DNA from: Octopus vulgaris
Taxonomy: Eukaryota
NCBI GenBank assembly: GCA_951406725.2
Contig: OX597815.1
Span: 205,840,001 to 205,904,000, forward strand
DNA length: 64,000 nucleotides
Direction: 5' to 3'
This document shows, in pieces, positions 50,895 through 63,674 of this stretch; the stretch's first letter is position 1; every line of letters begins with the position of its first letter. The notes under the pieces are model-generated. The model saw only the letters and a list, made by a program, of their open reading frames with translations, was not told where the DNA came from and did not search any database. A program made the translations under genes and the position numbers.

Positions 50895-51640
50895 GTGTGT
50901 GTGTGTGTGTGTGTGTTTTCTTTATCAAAAACAATGAGTCCAACAAAATACATTTTGCTTTACCTAGCGGCATGTCATGGACTAAAGTACCAAAAGAATG
51001 ACAGTTTCTTGTATACAGAAATCTATACAGAAAAGGCAGATTTCTAAATTATAAGTAAGCATCATTCTTTTGATAATTTATTCCCTGATGTATTTTGTCA
51101 GATTTAATATTTTACATGAAGTACATTGACACTTAGTCTTTGCATTTCAAGTTCTTTGACCATGTTCCCATAAACTGGTAATCTCAGGATTATGTATGTG
51201 TTTGTGTACACACACATATGTAACCATACAGACATTCATACATAATATGATAAAATATACAAATATGGAATAAAGAAAACAGTGATATATGAAACTTTTG
51301 TAAATTTCAACATATAAATAGATCTTGTTTCTATTGCTTTGAATCCAAATTAAGTATATTTTATTTTATTCTACAGGAGGGGTGTAAACAACTATAATGA
51401 ATACCCAACAGACAAAGGACATGATGTAATCTCATTGTCATGCTTTGACATTTAATTTTGAAACTAGAGAGGGCATTATGAAGTTTACATATAAACTCTT
51501 TACTCTTGTTATTTAGTAAAGATTTGCGTCATAAATAAGATCGATGTGAATCTGATACTTATGAATTCTATGAGTGATGGTTTTTATCTTGTAGGATCAT
51601 CATATTTTAGAGCTATAATGGCAGCTTCAGCTCATGCTCT

Positions 51641-52070
51641 CTTTTACTCTCTTTTACTCTTTTACTTGTTTCAGTCATTTGACTGCGGCCATGCTGGAGC
51701 ACCGCCTTTAGTCGAGCAACTCGACCCCGGGACTTATTCTTTTTGTAAGCCCAGTACTTATTCTATCGGTCTCTTTTTGCCGAACCGCTAAGTGACAGGG
51801 ACGTAAACACACCAGCATCGGTTGTCAAGCAAATGCTAGGGGGACAAACACAGACACAGAAACACATACACACACACATACACACATATATATATATACA
51901 TATATACGACAGGCTTCTTTCAGTTTCCGTCTACCAAATCCACTCACAAGGCATTGGGCGGCCCGGGGCTATAGCAGAAGACACTTGCCCAAGATGCCAC
52001 GCAGTGGGACTGAACCCGGAACCATGTGGTTGGTTAGCAAGCTACTTACCACACAGCCACTCCTGCGCCT
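51641..52070 (-). mobile_element. SINE family A, full length
   Basis: Reverse-complement match with (TTTTACTC)n tail. Confidence 0.9.
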
Positions 52071-52390
52071 ATATAAAGATTTTTTTTAACTATACCACAT
52101 GGTTAATGTATCATTGCACGAGACTTCAAGAAACTTCTTTTCTATCTGTTGTAGCTGTTGTTGATGTCTTGTTGCTTTGCTGTAAGGAAAAGTAGGTAAC
52201 CTAGTTAATAGGCCTCACAGACACAGCCATTCCTCAACTTCATTATTATGGTTTCAAGAATAAGGTCAAAAAATGAAGGAAAAGGAAAAGAGTTTTCCCC
52301 ATCAATTTTTCTTAGTTTACATTTTTGTTGCATGTCAGTGCATCTAGTTGTGCATATGCATCTGGGTGAGTGTGAGTGTCTGTGTGTGTG

Positions 52391-52422
<32 letters not shown>

Positions 52423-53552
52423 TGTGTGTTGCAAATAATTTATAAATTCATTTGCATTCACACGCATACATGCATGCACACACACACTCACATGCACATA
52501 CACACACACACACAGAGCCACATACATATTTAACTTTCTTACAAACAAACACATGCAGACATAAGTAACAAAGTGCGTAATTTGACAATCCTCCGGATAA
52601 TAGTAATCATAAATAGAAATTTGTCATCATGTGACTCTTTTTTTTTTTGGTTTTTATTCAAAATCATGCAAATGACATGCTTGTAGCATTATGCCCTTTA
52701 AAATCTTCCCATAATTCTCTATTCCATAGAAGCTGCAGTTCAGTAAAAATTTTAATTTTTCTTGAGAATTTTTAATTACTGAAATCACAATGTAGATGTG
52801 TTCATATCGTTTCCTCTTTTGTACTTTTGGTTGATAAATACTTTAGTAATTAATGAATGACCTGACAACAAGGTCAAACAAATAGCTTTACTGTGTCTTT
52901 AATAAGTATTATTTAATAGAAATTACTGAAATTTTAAAGGAGATTCAGTTGTGTGAAATATAAGAGGATAATTTTTGTATCATATAACAGAAGACAGAAA
53001 AAGTATAATTAAAGGTAAAATAATCAGAAGAAAAGCTATTTGGAATATGTTGGATTAAAGAAACATTTTACATGAGCTTATAGCATTATAAAACCAACAC
53101 AGCTGAGTTGTAGATTATATATACTTGCATACAACACACACACACATGCACATCATCATCATCATCATCAGCATCATTTAGCATCTGTCTTCCATGCATA
53201 CTTGGGTTGAATAGATCTAATGGGATCTAATGAGTCAGAGGGCTGTGGTGTGCTCCTGTGTCTGCTTTGACATGGTTTCTATGGTTGAATGCTCTTCCTA
53301 AAACCAACCATTTAACAGAATGTACTAGGGGCTGGTTTTTTCATGGCACCAGCACTAGTGAAGTTGCTATGCTGCTTTCAAGAAGAAAATCCCTATCAAT
53401 TAAGTTGGACTACAATAAAGAGGGGGGTGGCTTTATGCTGGGTGAGGAAAGGTTAGAGTATGAAGGAACTGCAACAGGTTGCTTGCTGCAGAGGAGATAC
53501 ATGGCTGCAATATATCTATACAGATACATATGCACACGCACACACATATACA

Positions 53553-53593
<41 letters not shown>

Positions 53594-53839
53594 ACACACA
53601 CACACACACAACACACACACACACACACTCACACTTCTGTTTATCAACCACAGAGGCATGGTTGTATGCTTGACAAGCTTGCTTCCCAACTACATGGTTG
53701 CAGGTTCAGTCCCATTGCACAACACCCTTGGCAAGTGTCTTCTGCTATAGCCAACCAAAGCTTTTGAGAGTGGGTTTGATAGTTGGAAGCTAAAAGAAGC
53801 CCATCATATATTTTATGTCATATATGTTTTATATATATA

Positions 53840-55013
53840 TCTCTTATTATAAAAGGCAGATTTTATCTGCCTCCCTTTGGGAGTTATACAAATCTACAAT
53901 ATAGGATTTCTTCAATTACAATTTACCTAGCAGTTTTAAGAGTACAATGCATCGCATCATGCCAGCTCCAGTTTTTAAAATTTAAACTCCAATTAAGCAA
54001 AATTTACAGAAAACTCACATTCTGGTGTGTGTGTCAAATGCTTTTCTTAGTCTGGTTTACACCACACGCAAACGCACACACACAGTGGGCAACGAATAAA
54101 ATGAAAGTAAATGTAATATTTGTTTCTGTCTATCACGCTGATAGATACATGAGTAAAATGTATGGGAAGCTAACAGATAACAGTGAGTGAAAATGTTCTT
54201 GGAAGAGAGTAAATTAGCGACAGTGATTTGAGGAAGACTAAACTGAAACTATGAAACAGTGTTTATGTATAGACAGACGACACTTATATAAACCCTTTCG
54301 TTACCAAACCGCCCGAATTTACCTATTCATATTTAAATGAGAATATCAGAGTAAATCTCTTTAGTACATTCGTGAAAACACGTATTATACTTCGTAAACA
54401 TTTCAAATACAGTTTTGTACAAAAATCGAAGTGTAATTTTAATTCCGTGAATTATGGGAGATTTTTTTCCGAAATTTGTTCCTATTGTGTTTTCAAAATT
54501 TGTAATTCTGACAAAAAATGGATACGAATTTCATTATATCAAGCAGCGAGTCAGAATTCGAAGGATTTTCTACTGAAGACCTTCATAAATCTAACTTTAT
54601 GACTGAAAAAAAAAAGCATCTTTATATAAGAGTGAAGTTGTGTGTCTGTCCCCTTCGATTTACATTCGTAATTACTCCCACATTTTGCGGTGCAGTTTAA
54701 CCAAAAGCGGGTATCTTATAGTCGTGATTCATATCGAGCCCTTCTGGGTATTAGCGCGCGTCTACGATGAGTCTACGATTTTAAAAAAATTTACCATCAT
54801 ATTTTTCCATTTTAATGCATTTTTTTCGCTTTTATATAAGGGAAGTAACTCTCTAAAAATATCTACGATGTGTCAACGATTTAAAAAAAATTTACCTTAA
54901 TTTTTTTTCAATTTTTAATGCATTTGTTTTGCTATTTTTTGGCTATAACTCTCTAAAAATGCTTATATAGTTATTTCCCTTACAACCCGAGCAACGCCGG
55001 GCGATACTGCTAG
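53840..55013 (+). mobile_element. Composite Helitron region: Helitron-like 5' end at 53840, piggyBac 5' fragment ~54290-54615, complete short Helitron 54619-55013
   Basis: a|TC starts at 53840 and 54619; 3' hairpin CCCGAGCAACGCCGGG then CTAG|t at 55013. The piggyBac-MITE-like TIR accctttcgttacc is followed by acidic ORF MDTNFIISSSESEFEGFSTEDL. Confidence 0.7.
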
Positions 55014-55456
55014 TATATATATATATCATCATCATAATCATCATTTAACATCTGTTATCCATGTTGGCATGGGTTGGACAGTTTGACCAGGGCTGGTAAG
55101 CTGAGGGGCTGCACCAGACTCCAGTCTGATTTGGCATGGTTTCTACAGCTGGATGCCTTTCCTAATGCCAACCACTCAGAAAGTGAAATGGGTGCTTTTA
55201 CATGCCACTGACACCAGTATCTGCCACGACTGTGATGTTACTTGGCTTGATGGGTCTTCTTCTCAAGCATGACATAATGCCAAAGGTCTTGGTCATTGCC
55301 TCCCTGAGGCCCAGCACTCAAAAGGAGCTTTTCACGATGAGACAAAGATGCTTTTTATGTGCCACCACCATGGGTGCCAGTTGCATGACACCAACATCAG
55401 CCACGACTATAATCAAGCTCAGCATATTGCCAAAGGTCATATACATAAATATATAT

Positions 55457-55847
55457 ACTCTTTACTCTTTTACTTGTTTCAGTCATTTGACTGTGGCCAT
55501 GCTGGAGCACCGCCTTTAATCGAGCAAATTGACCCCGGGACTTATTCTTTGTAACATATTCTATCGGTCTCTTTTGCTGAACCGCTAAGTGACGGGGACG
55601 TAAACACACCAGCATCGGTTGTCAAGCAATGCTAGGGGGACAAACACAGACACACAAACACACACACATACACACATATATACGACAGGCTTCTTTCAAG
55701 TTTCCGTCTACCAAATCCACTCACAAGGCATTGGTCGGCCCGGGGCTATAGCAGAAGACACTTGCCCAAGATGCTACGCAGTGGGACTGAACCCGGAACC
55801 ATGTGGCTGGTTAGCAAGCTACTTACCACACAGCCACTCCTGTGCCA
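55457..55847 (-). mobile_element. SINE family A
   Basis: Reverse-complement match. Confidence 0.88.
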
Positions 55848-55929
55848 TATATATGTCATATATATAAATATATATATGTCATATATATATATATATGTGT
55901 CATATATAAATAAATAAATATATATATAG

Positions 55930-56114
55930 ATCGTTAGCCACTATACACATTTTTTCTCTCCTTGTTTCTCTCCTTGTTTTTTCTGTGTCCCTTTCTGTAG
56001 AAGAGCGTAGGCTTGAAACGTAAAAGACATTTTCTGTTCCTGAGCGTTATACTAATACATCTGTTTGTTTTGTACACCACCTGTCTTCGTCTTTTGTTTT
56101 TTTCGTAAACTCTC

Positions 56115-56116
<2 letters not shown>
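55930..56116 (+). mobile_element. Penelope-like terminal-repeat fragment in (TA)n with a degenerate minimal hammerhead-like motif
   Basis: ctgtagaaGAGCgtagGCTTgaaacgta at 55995-56022 resembles CUGAUGA-stem II-GAAAC; (TA)n flanks. Confidence 0.5.
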
Positions 56117-56192
<76 letters not shown>

Positions 56193-56441
56193 TATATTAA
56201 ATTAGAGATAAAACCACTATTAGACAAATCAAACAGTGAAAATCATAAACCAATACATAGAAATAAAAAATATATATATATATATATTATTATTATTTTA
56301 TTTATTTATTCATTTATTTATTTTTTATATATATATAACTATCAAAAAGTATTAAAAGTTTAATATAAGATAAAGAGTAAAACCACTTTTTTTATATGTA
56401 TAACTATCAAAAAGTATTAAAAGTTTTAGTATAAGATAAAG

Positions 56442-56532
<91 letters not shown>

Positions 56533-57074
56533 AATATTATATGTGTCCCCACATTTCTATCAACTTTGCTATCATGTACCACAAGAAACTCAACACTAAA
56601 CACACACCAAACCTTACACGTAAAGTTTCCCTTGTGGTGCTTTTTAATCTCAGTACTGACAAGGCCGTTAAATCTCAGCAACAAACTCCATGCTCTTACT
56701 GTAATTAATATTATAACATAACATTACTGAATGTTTTTACGATGATAGTGGTTATTGAAGAAATCATTAGCTTAATCCAGCCTTCCTTGTCACTTAGCTT
56801 TAGGAATATTTACACATCTACTCTTAGCCGCCTATCCAATTATTATTATTAGGTTTGAGTGACTAAACACAAAACAGGTTGTGTAATCTAACTAGAAGTG
56901 CTTAAGTGAAAAATCTACAAATCAAATAAATTATTAATACAAATTAAAAAAAAAAAAAACTCACACAGTCACAAATATGTATTCCCTGATGCAAAAGTCA
57001 ATTTTAACATTAATCTCAAGTTGAAATTGTCGAGTTTTGTTAACAAAAATGCAGGAATTATAAATGAAGGAATT

Positions 57075-57078
57075 CATC

Positions 57079-57109
<31 letters not shown>

Positions 57110-57305
57110 CCATCACCACCACCACCACCACCACCACCACCACCATTGTCATCATCATCATCATCAAGGAAGTAAGTTGGCAGAATCATTAGCATGCTGG
57201 ACAAAATATTTAGTGGCATTTTGTCCATGTTTATGTTCTGGGCTCAAACTCCACTGAGGTCATCATCATCATCATCATCATCACCATCATCATCACCATC
57301 ACCAC

Positions 57306-57338
<33 letters not shown>

Positions 57339-57345
57339 TATTATA
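57075..57345. repeat. (CAT/CAC)n microsatellites with an embedded SINE head fragment
   Basis: Seen directly. Confidence 0.9.
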
Positions 57346-57359
57346 ATCACCATTATTGT

Positions 57360-58900
57360 TTTCATTGATGCTTTTACTCTAGCAGATCTTTTACTGGCAC
57401 TGTACTAAAAGAGTGAGCCATATCCAATGGACAAAGGGTCTTTTGGATTATTCCTTCTCCTTCCTTCAACACCCTCCTTAGAATCGCTGCTGTTCCTAAC
57501 AAAGCTGTTTTCTGCAACAGCTCCATTCAGATGTTAATTCCTAGCTTCTCAAGAAACATCCAACCTTTAATTACTGCCCCCCAGTGTGCCAACACAAATC
57601 AGTATCACTTCTACATGTCTGATTCTCTATAGTTTCCCGATCTCCCATTCAGCTCTTGACATTTCTCTACTTTCTTACTTTCCTTCTCATTCACCCTGTG
57701 TTTCTACAGTAAAGCCATATCCACAATAATTGCTTTTTTTCTTCTTTTCTATGACAACAATGTCAGGTTTTCTAGCCACAAAAAGATGGTTACACTGGAT
57801 GGCCATATTCCATAAGATCTTAAATTGTTCTTTTTCAGCCACCTTTTCCAGTTGGTGCTCATACTAATTTTCACTTCTGCTCATGGCATACTTAAGACAG
57901 AGCTTCCAGTGAACCGATCTGGCAATGTTGTCTTGCCTTCTCTTGTACTCTTTTTGTGCGAGCATTAATAATGTGGTTTATTGTTTCACCTTTTTTCACC
58001 ACACAACTGACTTGTCAAGATTGAACATAATGTAGTTGTTCCCAATGTCTGTCCATGGACTGTGAAGACAAGGGTTTCAGTTTCAACTTCCAAGCTACTT
58101 TTCCTAATCCATTCCCAGATATTCTTTTAGTCAACTGTTTCAGGCATTTCCTCTAAGAATTGACCATACATCTTCTTTTCTTTCCATCTATCCAAAGTGC
58201 TATTCTCTCAGTCTTGTTTAAATTCTCTTTTCCTTTGCCAAGAGAGTACCCTCCATTTGGTATTTGCCATATTCTAAATGCCTTACTTCCCCGGGCATGG
58301 ATACATTGACTTGGCAGACACCATCTTACTAACAATAACTCTGAGCACCTTTTCAAACTCCACCTGTCTAACACCCGTGGACATGTTTACAAAGTCAGAA
58401 AACAGCACAGCTCCCATGACTTTAGGAAACATTTTTTCACGCTGAGAGTTGCTGAAGCATGGAACAAACTGCCAGCAATCAGTTGTTAGTTGTCAGAGCA
58501 CTGCATCCTTCAAAACTTCCATGCTTCCTGAGATTCGCCAACACTACACCTAATTTTCTCCCCTCCATACACACGCAAGCATGTATCTGACTCATACACT
58601 GTCACTTCCCAGACATTTGTACATTACTGCATATTCTTTATACGCACTTTTGACAAGTTGTGGTGCACCTGAGCACCGTATACAATAATTTCATTATTAT
58701 TATTATTATCATTGCTTAGGATTTTTATATTTCTTGCTCCTGCCATCAATTTATCCTTTGAATTCTTTATGTACCATACCAGATTATTTTTCTCAGAATT
58801 CACACACAATTCACAGCTAATGAAACCCCTTCCTCCTCTCTGTCACTTTTGGGGTGTAGAACCCTTTGTAGTGTCGTTATTTTTCTGGTCTTTTTGTCAT
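57360..58900 (-). mobile_element. R4/Dong-clade (restriction-like endonuclease) non-LTR retrotransposon remnant
   Basis: Minus-strand frames give CVNSEKNNLVWYIKNS, KEYKRRQDNIARSVHWKLC, KILWN..ARKPDIVV and ELLQKTALLGTAAILRRVL, which are R4/Dong C-terminal motifs. Confidence 0.8.
58235..58710 (+). mobile_element. CR1-type LINE 3' fragment nested in the R4/Dong remnant
   Basis: SNTRGHVYKVRKQH..FRKHFFTLRVAEAWNKLP followed by a 3' UTR and an (ATT)n tail. Confidence 0.82.
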
Positions 58901-59509
58901 GCTCCTAAAGTTCATCAGTTCTCCATTCTGCCACACCTATTTCTTTACTACCCACAAGGGGCTAAACACAGAGAGGACAAACAAAGACAGACAAAGGGGT
59001 TAAGTTGATTACATCGACCCCAGCTTGGATCTGCAACTGCCCATGTGTTGACAGCTGGTATCCTATTCCAATGTAATCAACTAGCCTCCCACCCACACAA
59101 ATTTCAGGCCTTGTGCCTATGATAGAAAGGATTATTATTTTTTTCTTCTAATTTTTAAAGAAAATGATTTATTTCTTATTTGTGCTATTTATTGTCTTAC
59201 ACTATAGATACCAATATCCTATTGGGCATTATGCATACTAACAGGGCACCCAATAATGTGAAAATTTATTTGTATAAAATTACTTTAGTACATATTAGAA
59301 GAAATATGTGGAAGCATATTCTCACTTCATGATGCAAATAATGACTGCAGTTTTTTATATTTGCAAACATCAACTACAACAAAAGAAAAAAATTTCATAA
59401 TTTTTATTTACTTTTATGTTTTGTTGGTCTCTGTTCATGGATCATGTGCTTATAACCACATATAAACTAAGCAACTCAATGTCAGTTCTTTATTGTATAT
59501 AGGCAAAGG

Positions 59510-61350
59510 CATGACTATGTGGTAAGGAATTTGCTTCCTAACTACATGGTTCCTGGTTCAGTCCCACTGTGTGCACTTTGGGCAAGTATCTTCTGCTATA
59601 GCCTCGGGTTAACCAAAGCCTTGTGAGTGGATTTGGTGGACAAAAGCTGAAAGAACCCTGTTGTGTGTGTGCATGTGTGCATATGTGTCTACGTTGTCCC
59701 CCACCACTACTTCACAACCAGTGTTTGTGTGTTTACATCCCCATAACTTAGCAGTTCAGTGAAAGAGTTCAATAGAATAAGTACTAGGCTTTAAAAAAAG
59801 AATGTATTGTGGTCGATTCAACTGACTAAAATTCTTCAAGGCAGTGCTGCAGTATGGCCACAGTCTGATGACTGAAACAAGATTAAAAAAATAAAAGATG
59901 TGTGGCCCAACCTGTTGTTATTTCTGTTGTTAGTACTTCATCTGCCCTGACCTAGCAAATATATGATCAGAGGTAGGACATTCATGACTATCTTACCATT
60001 TTTCTCCTGCATAACATATTCCGAACTACACAATCCAATATCTCCTTTATTATAATTTTTTTATTATTTAATAGTAGGAGTTGATTTGAAGGAAATTTTC
60101 ATAGCAGAGTGATTTCCTGGCAGAAACATTAGCACACCAGGCGAAATGCGTAGCCGTATTTCGTCTGCCGTTACGTTCTGAGTTCAAATTCCGCCAAGGT
60201 CAACTTTGCCTTTCATCCTTTCGGGGTCGATAAATTAAGTACCGGTTATGCACTGGGGTCGATGTAATCGACTTAATCCGTTTGTCTGTCCTTGTTTGTC
60301 CCTTCTATGTTTAGCTCCCTGTGGGCAATAAAGAAATAAGAGTGATTTCCTGTATCAAGGCTTACTTATTAGCTCATGAATGAACCTGTCGTCAAAAGTG
60401 TGGAAAAGATGACGTCATTGATATTTTTTCTACTATAGGCACAAGGCCTGGAATTTTGTGGGGAAGAGATTAGTCAATTAAGTTGACCCTCAGTGCTCAA
60501 TTGATACTTATTTTATTGACCCCGAAAGGATGAAAGGTGAAGTTGATCACAGTGAAATTTGAACACAAGATGATACCATTAATATAGGAGCATTAAGCTG
60601 GTGAGTTGGCAGAGTTGTTAGCCTGCTGGACAAAATGCTTTGCAGTATTTCATCTGTCTTTACATTCTGAGTTCAAGTTCTGTCATGGCCAACTTTGCCC
60701 CCTTCATCCTTTCAGGATCAATGAAATAAGCAACAGCTGTATGTTGGGGTGGATATAATCGACTAGCCTCCTTACCCAAAATTTCAGTCTTGTGCTTATT
60801 GAAGGAAGGATTAACATAGGAGTATTTAGCATAGCTAAGGCGGTGAGCTGGCAGAAACGTTAGCATGCTGGGTGAAATGCGTAGCCGTATTTCGTCTGCC
60901 ACTACGTTCTGAGTTCAAATTCCGCCGAGGTCGACTTTGCCTTTCATCCTTTCGGGGTCGATAAATTAAATACCAGTTATGCACTGGGGTCAATGTAATC
61001 GACCTAATCCGTTTGTCTGACCTTGTTTGTCCCCTCTGTGTTTAGCCCCTTGTGGGTAGTAAAGAAATAGATAGGAGTATTAGCATAGCTGTGGAGGCAC
61101 GTGGCTTAGTGGTTAGGGTGTCAGCATCATGATCGTAAGATTGTGGTTTCGATTCCTGGACCGAGCGATGCGTTGTGTTCTTGAGCAAAACATTTCATTT
61201 CACGTTGCTCCAGTCCACTCAGCTGGCAAAAATGAGTAACGCTGCGATGGACTGGCATCCAATCCAGCTGGGGAACACATGACATTGAAACTGGGAAACT
61301 GGGCCCATGAGCCTAGCTAGGCTTTAAAAGGGCACATTTATTTTTTTATT
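59510..61350. mobile_element. Dense SINE cluster: family A 59510-59900; family B 60119-60338, 60430-60575 (-), 60595-60812, 60837-61070; family C-like 61091-61351
   Basis: Family motifs; TSDs agagtgatttcctg, ataggagtat(t)tagcatagct and tattagcatagct. Confidence 0.88.
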
Positions 61351-61851
61351 TTATTAGCATAGCTACAGGAAAACTAGCAGGCAGTCCACTCTGGATAACA
61401 TCTTTTGGGGGGAAATACTTTTTATTTGTATTTTGTTTTGTTTTTCAGTTGAGGGGGCAGAACTTTCAAGGACTGTTCCCTTCCTTCTCATACTGCACAA
61501 ACCCTAGTTATACCACTGCATAAGAGTAAATTTTGTTGGAAGTGATGAGGAAAAAGCAGTTTATATAGGATGAGAAAAGATCAGAGAAGTGACAAGTCAG
61601 TGTCAGTACACTCGAGGTATTAAAATGGAGTGAGCTGTATTTCAACTTTTGCTGTGATAGAAGGACTGGTTGGAGCTGTTCATGAGAGGTTTGTCTGGAT
61701 ATTCTTATCTCAGACATTGTCAAAAGCTTTTCTGATACTGTGAGCAAACTACTCTGCTTTTGCTGAATTTTTTTTCAAATGCAAGGGATCTAGTTTTAAT
61801 TTTCAGTTGGACCCTACTTCAATTACGTTACTAATGCTCTTAGAAAAGACA

Positions 61852-62993
61852 TGATGTTATGAAGGTTGTTTTCTTTCCGGAACGGACTGGAATCGCCCAT
61901 CGTCGCTCGTCCCGAACGGCTCGCACACTAGTTCCGCCACGGAACCCAAAGAGGCGGAGAGAGGAGATACAGATAGACACTGCCACAACCTCAACAGCAC
62001 AGAGATACAGAGGCACAACCCGAGACACAACCCAAAGAGAGGCAACAACTGGCAACACTGGCTTATATATTCAAACAACAGTTTATACGACAATCACAAT
62101 TGTTACAACATCAAATACATTTAAGGCAGACATTTAAAGGAAGACATGCACGTGACTACTCAATACATAATACAACATCATGTAACAATATATCAGTCCG
62201 GAGACGCAACAAGTCATATACAGTATTTCAAAGGTACACGTCCGAAGACACAGTTCTCTAAAGTCTCTTTTTCTAAACATCACAAATAACAAGTCCTTTA
62301 CTCTTCTTCTTCACAATGTCCTTTATCGACCACATCGACAGAGTCCTTGACTGTTCAATACAAAAATCACATACCTCAGTTCCTAATTGAATCTGCCAGT
62401 GTCCCATTCCTCTCAATACTGCTAATTCCTCTGAATACTGCTAATTCCCTTCTGTGCCGCCAAGCTTTCTCGCATCCAACTTGCTCCTAAGAATTCCAAC
62501 GCTTGTTCCTTAAATCCAAGGTTCCATCCACTCGCTCTGACCTCCAGAGTCCGTCCGTGTTCCTCGACGACCGCTCAACGACTGCCCAGAACCTCACTTC
62601 CTTGTCCTGACTTCCACTCCCTCATCTCCCTCTGTCTATATCGCTCCTACCCTTTCTAACTGCTCTCTGATTCCTTACTCTATCTATATCGCCTCAATCC
62701 CTTAGCCTCTCTATCTGTCCCTTACTGCTTATCCTTTCTATTTGCCCTCTGCTCTTACTCTATCGCTATCGCCTGCCAGACTCTTAGCCTCTCCATCCGT
62801 CCCTTACTGCTTATACTCTATCTCTATTTGCTCTCAGCCCTTAATCTGTCCCTTTTCTTTCACATTCTCCTGACCCTCTTCTCAACCGCACGAGGTCACA
62901 GGTCATTCCAAAACCCATTAGTCCTCCATTAGACAAAAGACTGTCACATTTTCACCAGACATACTGGAACCATATCCACGATGTGGGTCACCA
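61852..62993 (-). mobile_element. Putative LTR-retrotransposon remnant with tRNA-Trp PBS-like end
   Basis: CpG-rich block with TGATGTT...AACATCA inverted termini (61852-62180), ~80-bp internal tandem repeats (62680-62845) and minus-strand TGGTGACCC at 62985-62993. No TSD found. Confidence 0.5.
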
Positions 62994-63109
62994 GAAACAC
63001 TACACTAATTAAACCCGAAATGCACTTAGCCAACCGTAACATTTCAAATGTTTGCAGAAATGGAACTGCATATAAGAAACACTAAACCATATTGTACAGC
63101 TTAATTGTG

Positions 63110-63674
63110 ATCGAAATCGAGCAAAATCGAAATCGAATTGAACCAGCCAGGATCCCTGGTCTGGTGGTACGTAAAAAGCACTATCCGACTCGTGGCTGAT
63201 GCCAGCGCCGCCTCCTGGCTTCCGTGCCGGTGGCACGTAAAATACACCAATCCGACCGTACGACAGGCACCCATGCCAACCCCCTTTGCTTGCGAAGACA
63301 TGTTGGGGCAAGCGAAATCGAAATCGAATTGAACCAGCCAGGATCCCTGGTCTGGTGGTACGTAAAAAGCACTATCCGACTCGTGGCCGATGCCAGCACC
63401 GCCTCGACTGGCTTCCGTGCCGGTGGCACATAAAATACACCAATCCGACCGTGGCCGTTGCCAGCCTCGCCTGGCACCTGTGCAGGTGGCACGTAAAAAG
63501 CACCCACTACACTCACGGAGTGGTTGGCGTTAGGAAGGGCATCCAGCTGTAGAAACATTGCCAGATAAGACTGGAGCCTGGTGCAGCCTTCTGGCTTCCC
63601 AGATCCCCGGTCGAACCGTCCAACCCATGCTAGCATGGAGAACAGACGTTAAACGATGATGATGATGATGATGA
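63110..63674 (+). mobile_element. RTE 3' UTR copy with an internal ~190-bp tandem duplication
   Basis: aaatcgaaatcgaattgaaccagccaggatccctgg... occurs at ~63124 and ~63315; (GAT)n tail. Confidence 0.88.

Noticed and set aside
63450-63510. HDV-like ribozyme (GGCCGTTGCCAGCCTCGCCTGGC resembles the HDV 5' half)
   Set aside because: No P1 complement, P1.1 GG or P2 closing strand can be formed.
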